A DNA stretch of 12,302 nt, taken from assembly GCA_044356455.1 (NCBI GenBank), contig JBIKWF010000122.1, forward strand, positions 1 through 12,302, read 5' to 3'. Below the pieces are notes generated by a model. The model was not told the origin of the DNA and made no database searches. It saw only the letters and a program-made list of their open reading frames with translations. Shown here piece by piece: positions 1-6,790 of this stretch. A program made the position numbers and the translations under genes. Each line of letters starts with the position of its first letter. Positions within the stretch are counted from its first letter, which is position 1. Origin of the DNA: Bdellovibrionota bacterium (GTDB lineage: Bacteria > Bdellovibrionota_C > UBA2361 > JBGSMV01).

Positions 1-52
1 AAGAAACCATACCAAAGTTTGAGTTTCGGAAGAGAGCAAATTGAGCCTGCGG
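1..52. repeat. Exact 52-bp direct repeat, copy 1 (probably truncated by the window start)
   Basis: AAGAAACCATACCAAAGTTTGAGTTTCGGAAGAGAGCAAATTGAGCCTGCGG at 1-52 is identical to 357-408. The sequences diverge immediately after (ATGCT vs TCGCA). Confidence 0.97.
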
Positions 53-109
53 ATGCTCCCTGCGTTTGCACTGCCGCTCATCGCCATTCTCTTCCTACTA
101 GAATATTCG

Positions 110-356
110 AGGAAACTCTGTAGATGGGGTTAAGAAGGGATTAGCGCGGAGACACGGAGACCGCGGAGGGGAGATAGAATCGAGATATTGCTCAGCTCCG
201 TGGCTTAGCATAATTGCTCGTTATCCTGAACATTCGCAAACAAAATCCTGCTGAAACCTAGAAAGTTACAAATTTGCCGGCGAACACTCCGCGGTCTCCG
301 TGTCTCCGCGACCTAACCCTTGTAACCCTAATCAACAAATCGGCAGAAGAGTTCCT
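110..356. repeat. Long imperfect inverted repeat (MITE/REPIN-like palindromic element) with a perfect 24-bp core
   Basis: 145-168 CGCGGAGACACGGAGACCGCGGAG is the exact reverse complement of 287-310. The arms extend imperfectly outward (GGGGTTAAGAAGGGATTAG vs CTAACCCTTGTAACCC; AGGAAACTCT vs AGAGTTCCT). Confidence 0.85.
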
Positions 357-408
357 AAGAAACCATACCAAAGTTTGAGTTTCGGAAGAGAGCAAATTGA
401 GCCTGCGG
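357..408. repeat. Exact 52-bp direct repeat, copy 2
   Basis: Identical to 1-52; period 356 bp. Confidence 0.97.
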
Positions 409-524
409 TCGCACCGAAGCCCATAGCCATTAATTGGAAAGGGAGGCTCTTGGACCTTCTTGGGAAATACGCCCGCGGCGCCTACCTCGCGGACATCTTT
501 AGAGGCTCACTAGAGAGTGGTAAT

Positions 525-1094
525 TTACCCTTTGGTGAGCATTCTGATTTGGCTCAGCATTGGATCTTTAGCCCACTCGCGCGGGCCTATGGTTCTCACT
601 ACTGGCTCGTTTGAATCAGGGTCCATGACCATGACAAGCTTCCCTTCGGTGTCCAACAGGAAGCTTTCTGGGAATCCCACAAGCTTGTAAGTCCGCTTTA
701 TTTCCCCCACGCGGTCGAGCACGATTGGAAAGGTTAGACTAAAGCGCTTTTTGACCTTCGCTAAATTCTCAGGGCTATCTTCGACTCCCACAGCGAGTAC
801 CGTAAATTTGTCCGCTCCAAGGGTGTCTTGTAGCTTCTGCAGCTCAGGCATCTCCGCAACGCAGGGCGCGCACCATGAAGCCCAAAAATTAATTAGGACT
901 ACTTTCCCCTTAAGGCTCCGGACAGAAAGAATCTTCGCCGAGTCCTCCAACGTAGGGAGGGCAATTTCAGGGGGGAGGTCGCCCGGATTAAGACCGACCT
1001 CCTCTCGCGAGCGTGCACAGCCTCCAAGTAGAAAGGCTGCCAGTACGCAGATTACTACTAGACTGCTCACCGCCGCGCGGGCGAGCACTGCCAT
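525..1094 (-). CDS. TlpA/ResA-family thiol-disulfide oxidoreductase, predicted lipoprotein
   Basis: KGKVVLINFWASWCAPCVAEMP CxxC motif, cis-Pro GFPESFLLD motif, and a hydrophobic signal peptide with lipobox LGGC. ATG at 1094 (MAVLAR) is preferred over 1133, but the start is uncertain. Confidence 0.92.
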   Translation of the reverse strand: MAVLARAAVSSLVVICVLAAFLLGGCARSREEVGLNPGDLPPEIALPTLEDSAKILSVRSLKGKVVLINFWASWCAPCVAEMPELQKLQDTLGADKFTVLAVGVEDSPENLAKVKKRFSLTFPIVLDRVGEIKRTYKLVGFPESFLLDTEGKLVMVMDPDSNEPVVRTIGPREWAKDPMLSQIRMLTKG

Positions 1095-1328
1095 GGTGCA
1101 AAAAGGTAAGCGGATAATAGGACGCTGCGTCATCAGAAACCCCCATCACTCGGACAATCGATCTCAGCCCACAAAGCACAATGCACGCAAGGCTTCAATA
1201 ACACAGAGACCCTCAGCGCTTAATTGTTACCATCAAGGCGCGAGGAATCATGCGAAGCAAAGTGTGGTATCGCCTGAGGAAGCCTGCAGACAGGACTACA
1301 GAGAAACATCGCTATAGGAAGGTCCCGC

Positions 1329-1556
1329 TTACGAAGCGGCTGGAGTAGCGGCAGCTGCCTTGGCGTACTTACGCTTAAAGCGGTCTACGCGCCCCTCGGT
1401 ATCAACAAGCTTTTGCTTTCCCGTGTAAAACGGGTGGCAAGCAGAGCATACAATCACCCTAAGCTCTGGCTCAGTTGAACCGGTCGTAAAAGTAGTGCCG
1501 CAGCCGTTACAAATGACGGTAGCTTGATGATACTGTGGGTGAATGCCCTGTTTCAT
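1329..1556 (-). CDS. rpmE: 50S ribosomal protein L31, zinc-binding (C+) type
   Basis: MKQGIHPQY...CNGCG...[24 protein letters not shown] signature, four Cys ligands, and a GGAGG Shine-Dalgarno upstream. Confidence 0.98.
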   Translation of the reverse strand: MKQGIHPQYHQATVICNGCGTTFTTGSTEPELRVIVCSACHPFYTGKQKLVDTEGRVDRFKRKYAKAAAATPAAS

Positions 1557-1577
1557 AGTTCCTCCAAGGAGTCCGCC

Positions 1578-1605
1578 ATCTTACCGATAGTGGCACGTAC
1601 GTCAA
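1578..1605 (-). promoter_or_regulatory. Sigma70-like promoter for rpmE
   Basis: Minus strand reads TTGACG-N16-TAAGAT about 20 nt upstream of the rpmE start. Confidence 0.6.
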
Positions 1606-1639
1606 CCTCCCTGCCGTAAGAAGCAAAGCTTGAACCAAA

Positions 1640-2110
1640 TTAAGGCCTTGAGGCTATCCCTAGAGCCCTTAAAAACTCAGCTGGCGGAGAAACTGCGCGT
1701 TTAGTCGCCCCGGACATAAAAACGGATGAAATCGTGGCTTCCGCTGCAAGCTTACGCCTAAGGCTCGTCACCCGCATAAGACGCTGATCGAGCACCAGAG
1801 TGCGCCCATCCTCAAGGATGCGCGTGTTCTCAACAGTAACTTCTATCGGACCCTCGAGAAGCTCTCTTAGATAAGAGACTTCAACTCGCGTGAGCACCAA
1901 AAACAAATCCTGCGCAAGAAATGTCTGATTCGGAAAGCCAATACTTTTCATGTACTCAAGACGCGCGCGCTCAAGGAACTTAAGCACGTCTGCATGGTGA
2001 ACATGGCGGTACTCGGCCTCAATATGACGTGCTTCAACCACCGCCGAAAAAACAAAGGCCGCAGCCTCAGACCGAACGCCAGGATTAAGGGGAGATAAAG
2101 AATCGGTCAT
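1640..2110 (-). CDS. Acyl-CoA thioesterase, 4HBT/YbgC-like hot-dog fold
   Basis: HVHHADVLKFLERAR resembles the HVNNxxYLxYFExAR motif, followed by VEVSYLREL and a C-terminal xxPxEF; 156 aa. Confidence 0.82.
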   Translation of the reverse strand: MTDSLSPLNPGVRSEAAAFVFSAVVEARHIEAEYRHVHHADVLKFLERARLEYMKSIGFPNQTFLAQDLFLVLTRVEVSYLRELLEGPIEVTVENTRILEDGRTLVLDQRLMRVTSLRRKLAAEATISSVFMSGATKRAVSPPAEFLRALGIASRP

Positions 2111-2137
2111 GACAGGTTAGGTCCTTATCGGTATACA
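2109..2137 (+). promoter_or_regulatory. Putative sigma70-like promoter for the aminopeptidase P gene (leaderless candidate)
   Basis: ATGACA(2109-2114)-N17-TATACA(2132-2137), ending 6 nt before ATG 2144; no SD present. Confidence 0.4.
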
Positions 2138-2143
2138 GCAGCT

Positions 2144-3424
2144 ATGGTAGCAATATTCGCCAGAAGGCTAAAGAAGCTCGTTCGCGCTCTCAACCAACAA
2201 GAGTGTAGCTCTGCCCTGCTCTTAGGAAGCTCCGCCCATCGGCAGATGAGTGGCGATCAAAACTTTCCGTTTCGTCAAACAAGCGACCTCCTTTATCTCA
2301 CGGGCTCTTCCCATGATGAATTCCTGCTCCTGCTATCATCGAAGCTCGAACGGCCCTTATTGATTTTTCCTCCGGTCAACAAAACAAAAGTGCTTTGGGA
2401 AGGTCCCCTCCCAAACTTGAAGCGACTCGCTGAAGAACTGGGCGCTGATTCCCTTGTAAGCCTCACTCCCGAGCGCGAAGTAGTAAGCCGACTTAAGGCA
2501 ACCGAGCGGCTCTATTTTCAAAACGATTCCGGCAGTAAAGCCTGGAATATTACGCATAGACTCATGGAGCAGCCCTCGCACAGCCGAGGAAGCCTCCCGA
2601 GCCAATTTCACCACGCGGACGAACTACTTGTCCCCCTCCGGCTCTATAAGGACCCCGCAGAGATTAAGCTCATTAGGCAGGCAGCAGAGGCCACGAACGA
2701 AGCGCTTTTCGACGCGATTCCAATGCTCGCGCCCGGGCTCACCGAACGGTTTGTTGCTGCTGCGATTGATTTCTTTTTCAGAACCCGCGGATGCGAACCT
2801 GGGTTTAACACCAATGTATCAACGGGCGTCTCTGCCGCCACGCTGCATCACGAGCCCGGGTCTGCCGAGCTACGCGAGGGAGATTTGCTCTTAGTTGACT
2901 GCGGAGCGGCGCGCAATCATTACTCTGCCGACATTACGCGCGTTGTTCCTGTCAGTGGGACTTTTTCCCCTGTACAGGCGATTCTTTACCAAGGCGTACT
3001 TGAGGCACAAAAGGCAGCTCTTAAGAAAGTAAAACACGGGGCCCTCATCCGAGACCTCTATCTCGCCGCTGCAAAACCACTCACGGAAGCACTCGTTGAG
3101 ACCCGCGTCCTGCGCGGGAAAGTTTCGCGCCTCGTTGAGAAGGGTGCCTTCAAACCTTATTTTCCCCACGGCATTGGGCATACCCTAGGCCTCGATGTGC
3201 ATGATGTGGGAAACCTGCGTGGAAATAACGAAGCGATTCTCGAGGAGGGCATGGTCTTTACCATAGAGCCCGGACTCTATTTCCCAAAACCCATCGGCAG
3301 AATAGAAAAGGGCCTCGGGATTCGAATCGAGGATGACGTGCTCGTGACACGCCGTGGCTGCGAAGTTCTTAGCGAAGGTTTCCCCAAAAACATGCGCCAG
3401 ATAGAGGATCTCGTTCCAAAATGA
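2144..3424 (+). CDS. pepP: Xaa-Pro aminopeptidase (aminopeptidase P, peptidase M24B)
   Basis: N-terminal FPFRQxSDLLYLTG motif. Metal-ligand motifs VDCG, YSADITR, HGIGHTLGLDVHD, TIEPGLY and GIRIEDD are all intact. Confidence 0.95.
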   Translation: MVAIFARRLKKLVRALNQQECSSALLLGSSAHRQMSGDQNFPFRQTSDLLYLTGSSHDEFLLLLSSKLERPLLIFPPVNKTKVLWEGPLPNLKRLAEELGADSLVSLTPEREVVSRLKATERLYFQNDSGSKAWNITHRLMEQPSHSRGSLPSQFHHADELLVPLRLYKDPAEIKLIRQAAEATNEALFDAIPMLAPGLTERFVAAAIDFFFRTRGCEPGFNTNVSTGVSAATLHHEPGSAELREGDLLLVDCGAARNHYSADITRVVPVSGTFSPVQAILYQGVLEAQKAALKKVKHGALIRDLYLAAAKPLTEALVETRVLRGKVSRLVEKGAFKPYFPHGIGHTLGLDVHDVGNLRGNNEAILEEGMVFTIEPGLYFPKPIGRIEKGLGIRIEDDVLVTRRGCEVLSEGFPKNMRQIEDLVPK

Positions 3425-3461
3425 ACACTCTAGGGAGCCTCTAAAAACCTTCATTCTTAAT

Positions 3462-3536
3462 TCACCTCTGCGTACCTCCGTGTCCTCTGCGTTGAATTTC
3501 TACATGAAAATTTCACCACAGAGGACTCAGAGGTGA
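3462..3536. repeat. Intergenic inverted repeat between convergent pepP and hflX (possible bidirectional terminator or REP-like doublet)
   Basis: 3475-3496 vs 3512-3533 pair at 18/22 positions. TCACCTCTG (3462-3470) is a perfect reverse complement of CAGAGGTGA (3528-3536). Confidence 0.8.
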
Positions 3537-3552
3537 GTCTTTGAGAGGTTCC

Positions 3553-5292
3553 CTAGTACTCGAACTCGATCCCCTCTAGTCCATCTCCAGTTTGAGCGCT
3601 CTTTGAGTCCGAGCCCCGAGAGTCGCGTTTCTGACTCTCAATCTCACGCACAATTCTTTGCAGCAGGGCATCGAGCCCGGCGCCTGTTTTGGCTGAGACC
3701 AAGACTGCTCCATACTCCCTCTCGAGGGCAGCGGAAGTGTCGCTGTCCGTCGCATCAATCTTATTTGCCACGACTATCTGCGGAATTCCTGCGAGCTCCA
3801 TCTCTCCCAGAATTTTCTGCACGGCTTCTTTGCGTTCGTGCACTTCTGGATCGGAGGCGTCAATTACGTGAATAAGCAGGGTTGCGCCGTCAAGTTCTTC
3901 AAGGGTGGCGCGAAAAGCATTTTTTAGAGCCTCGGGAAGGCGCCGAATAAATCCTACCGTATCACTGAGCACAAGCTGCACCCCTCGCCCTCCAGAAGGA
4001 TCCGAGTCACCGAGAATATTCGAAGGGACAACCACTTGCCTCTGGGCGGGGTCAAGAGTCGCGAAAAGTTTATTTTCGGCAAGTACTCGGCTACCGCTTA
4101 GCGCATTAAAGAGAGTCGATTTTCCTACGTTGGTATAGCCAAGAATCGAAACAAGCGGAATCTCGCGCTCTTCGCGGCGCTTGCGCCTTAGCCTACGTTG
4201 ACCACTGATGGCATCAATGCGCTTTTCGAGATCGAAGATCCTGTCTCGAATTCGGCGTCTTCCTATTTCAAGAACCGTTTCACCCGGTCCCCTACCACCG
4301 ATTCCACCCGTAAGGCGAGAAAGGCCAGCGTCCTTCTCAACAAGTCGGGGCATATTGTATTTAAGCTGCGCGAGCTCCACCTGAAGTCGACCCTCACTGC
4401 TCTGGGCTCGGCCTGCAAAGATATCGAGAATAAGCATGCTGCGGTCGATGACCTTAAGCTCTGTGGCATTGGTAATAGCACGCCACTGGGAGGGGCGAAG
4501 TTCGTTATCAAAAATAACAAGGTCAGCCCCAAGACGTAAGCATCTCAGCACTACTTCTTCAATCTTTCCCTTGCCCAGCAAGGTTCTTGGATCTGGGTCC
4601 CGGCGCTGAAGCACGCGGTCCAGAATCTTAACCCCCGCAGTTCGGGCAAGTTCTGCAAGCTCGTCCATGGAGCTCTCCGTCGTGCGGTCTCCCTTGGGAT
4701 GCACGCCGACCAACACCGCGCCGAGGCCGCCGGTCTTCTTTCGTACAGTCTCTCCCTGAGCAAGCTCGCTCTCTACGTCGAACATGAGCTCGGTGAAGTC
4801 ACGGTCGAGACGGCTTACGTCTGGTACTTGCTCGGTATGCACCGAGCGCTGATCTGACTGCTTAGAGGGAATAATGTAGGCATAGGCAGCGCTGGTGCTC
4901 TTTCCGGCGCCGCGAATCGCTACCACCATATCAAGGCGCAGCTTCTCAAGGTCAGTGTAGATATCACTGGGGATAAAGGGTTCGTCGTGAGAGGAAATAT
5001 CACTAAAGACTAGTCTTAAACGACGCAGTCGCCCTTCCCCAAGACGGTAACGACCAAGGTCAGGCAAATAGAGTATGTCTTTGGTCCCAACGCAGACTTC
5101 CTTTACATCTCCTTCTCTGGAAAGCAAAACGCCGATACGACGACGCAGCTTTTCGGCGAGCGCAAAAACTTCCCGCGCCAGATCGAGCGAGACGATTTCC
5201 TCCGGGCCCACGCGGCGCTGGAGTAATTTCTTTATTGCCCGAAGCTCAGAAGGAGCGAGGCCGCGCGTATTTCCGTGAATCTCTGCTACCAC
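3553..5292 (-). CDS. hflX: Ribosome-splitting GTPase HflX, long form with N-terminal extension
   Basis: DRSMLILDIFA, LQVELAQLKY, GGIGGRGPGET, G1 GYTNVGKST, G2 LFATLD, G3 DTVG, G4 NKID, G5 SAK. About 185 extra aa at the N-terminus; GTG start. Confidence 0.97.
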   Translation of the reverse strand: MVAEIHGNTRGLAPSELRAIKKLLQRRVGPEEIVSLDLAREVFALAEKLRRRIGVLLSREGDVKEVCVGTKDILYLPDLGRYRLGEGRLRRLRLVFSDISSHDEPFIPSDIYTDLEKLRLDMVVAIRGAGKSTSAAYAYIIPSKQSDQRSVHTEQVPDVSRLDRDFTELMFDVESELAQGETVRKKTGGLGAVLVGVHPKGDRTTESSMDELAELARTAGVKILDRVLQRRDPDPRTLLGKGKIEEVVLRCLRLGADLVIFDNELRPSQWRAITNATELKVIDRSMLILDIFAGRAQSSEGRLQVELAQLKYNMPRLVEKDAGLSRLTGGIGGRGPGETVLEIGRRRIRDRIFDLEKRIDAISGQRRLRRKRREEREIPLVSILGYTNVGKSTLFNALSGSRVLAENKLFATLDPAQRQVVVPSNILGDSDPSGGRGVQLVLSDTVGFIRRLPEALKNAFRATLEELDGATLLIHVIDASDPEVHERKEAVQKILGEMELAGIPQIVVANKIDATDSDTSAALEREYGAVLVSAKTGAGLDALLQRIVREIESQKRDSRGSDSKSAQTGDGLEGIEFEY

Positions 5293-5471
5293 TAATAACC
5301 CCTAAGAGAGTGAGAACCTCACCATGCTGCAAGTCAAGGAGGCCAGCATTCTCCGAAACTACCTCAGAGAGAGAGAGAAGCACAGGGCGAGCGCTGCAAA
5401 CGCAAACTAGGTAACCCCCTGAAACTACCGGATCGTAGGGAACGGTCATTCTAGAACAACACGTTCTCGGA

Positions 5472-5500
5472 TTGAGTAGCAGAACCGGCTCCGCTACCAT
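5472..5500 (+). promoter_or_regulatory. Putative sigma70-like promoter for the 5510 ORF
   Basis: TTGAGT-N17-TACCAT, ending 9 nt before ATG 5510. Confidence 0.5.
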
Positions 5501-5509
5501 AACAAGGCT

Positions 5510-6727
5510 ATGAAAACCGAAGAAAATCCCAATACTTTGCAAGGTCCGAGAGCCGAAGACCGTCAGAGCGCCGCCCTTACTATTCGGGCCCTGAATCCTG
5601 ACGACGACTCGGAAGTGCGCCAGCTTTGTGAGCTCTACTCGAGCGCAATTGTAAATGGCTCGTACCCTTTCTCTCAAGTTGACAGTAAAGATTTTTGGCG
5701 AAATCACGCGGGTCAGCGCTTCATTACCGCTACGTTTCGGCGTGGCCGCACCATTGTGGGTCACGTAGGGCTTCGGACAGATGAGTTTCAGCCAAATGTC
5801 GTCGAACTCTTGTTTCCTATGTTTTCGCCCGCCGAGGGAGAAGCATTCGGCAGCTTTTCAGAATTCTGTCACGCTGTCCGAACAGAATTTGATGCATTTT
5901 TGGCAACTCAGTCCGCCCGTAAGGGGTGGGACTGGGTTATCGCGTACCTGCCAGCGGCGGTGCCGGGCATGCTCGACATTGCCTGGAAAGCCTTGGGTCT
6001 TACTGAAACGGCTGTGATGCCTCTCCATCGCCAGCGAAACAGCCCTACCAAAGTTGACAGTGGGACTGCTGATAGCACAGCCGGAACTTACTCTGGAGAT
6101 GTGGTGTGCCTCTTGCGCTACGCGCGTGAGGGAGTGACTTCAAATCCTTTTCAGCAGCTCGTCGCGCCTGAACATCACTCCGAACTCGCGCTTTGGATCT
6201 CTGCCAAGTTCGGAGCCTCATCAAAAATTCCGGCACTGAGGAGCGTCTCCAGCGAGTCCGCTCCCCCTGCATCAAAGGAGCGTCCAGTATTTGAGTCGCG
6301 AATGAGTCGGCGCCTCGCTGCCCGTATCACTTCGGTGTACCCGGAGGCGCTCACTTCAAACCAAAAACTCTTGGCGCATTTGCGAACAGAGCGTGCCCGG
6401 CCTCATCTCGTGAGCATCGAGGCCTCACATCAAAGCTGCCGCACGTTAGGCAGCCTGATGGAAGAACTCGGCTATCGCTTTGCTGGATTTTTGCCTTTCT
6501 ATCGTGGTGGATTGCATAGCGTCTTTGCGTTGCACGATTCATCCTCTCACGGCTCAGTCGAATCCCCTTTCATAATCTCTTCTGAGCTCAGAGAGGAAAG
6601 CATGCTCTCCCGCTACCTTGAGCGTGCAAATGGAGGGAAAGCCACTCTCGGCGAGGCCTCCGCGAGCCCGGAACATAAGAACTATCGCCGAGAAGGCGTT
6701 CGTGCGAGCCCCAACCGAGCCGCTTAG
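5510..6727 (+). CDS. Hypothetical protein with probable GNAT-like N-terminal fold (possibly tandem GNAT-like)
   Basis: 405-aa ORF with a plausible promoter. IRALNPDD..LCELY..SYPF, IVGHVGL, ALGLTETAVMP and EELGYRFAGFLP resemble GNAT elements. Confidence 0.65.
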   Translation: MKTEENPNTLQGPRAEDRQSAALTIRALNPDDDSEVRQLCELYSSAIVNGSYPFSQVDSKDFWRNHAGQRFITATFRRGRTIVGHVGLRTDEFQPNVVELLFPMFSPAEGEAFGSFSEFCHAVRTEFDAFLATQSARKGWDWVIAYLPAAVPGMLDIAWKALGLTETAVMPLHRQRNSPTKVDSGTADSTAGTYSGDVVCLLRYAREGVTSNPFQQLVAPEHHSELALWISAKFGASSKIPALRSVSSESAPPASKERPVFESRMSRRLAARITSVYPEALTSNQKLLAHLRTERARPHLVSIEASHQSCRTLGSLMEELGYRFAGFLPFYRGGLHSVFALHDSSSHGSVESPFIISSELREESMLSRYLERANGGKATLGEASASPEHKNYRREGVRASPNRAA

Positions 6728-6743
6728 GCCGGACCTCAGGATC

Positions 6744-6770
6744 CTTAGTGGTCTCTGTGTTCTTAGTGGT
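6744..6770. repeat. Three tandem 9-mers in a convergent intergenic gap
   Basis: CTTAGTGGT-CTCTGTGTT-CTTAGTGGT. Same architecture as the motifs at 287-310 and 3466-3493. Confidence 0.7.
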
Positions 6771-6790
6771 GGTCCTAAGATATTCTTACG

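Noticed and set aside
1..408. CRISPR array interpretation of the 52-bp direct repeats
   Set aside because: Only two copies, a 304-bp interval far longer than a spacer, and no cas genes in the window.
300..614. 104-aa plus-strand ORF
   Set aside because: It starts inside the palindromic repeat, runs through the direct repeat and overlaps the TlpA gene antisense; no recognisable motif.
751..1317. 188-aa plus-strand ORF
   Set aside because: Antisense shadow of the TlpA gene with Ser/Arg-rich, non-protein-like composition.
5246..5764. 172-aa minus-strand ORF upstream of hflX
   Set aside because: It overlaps the 5510 gene antisense, its promoter and the hflX start; no family motifs.
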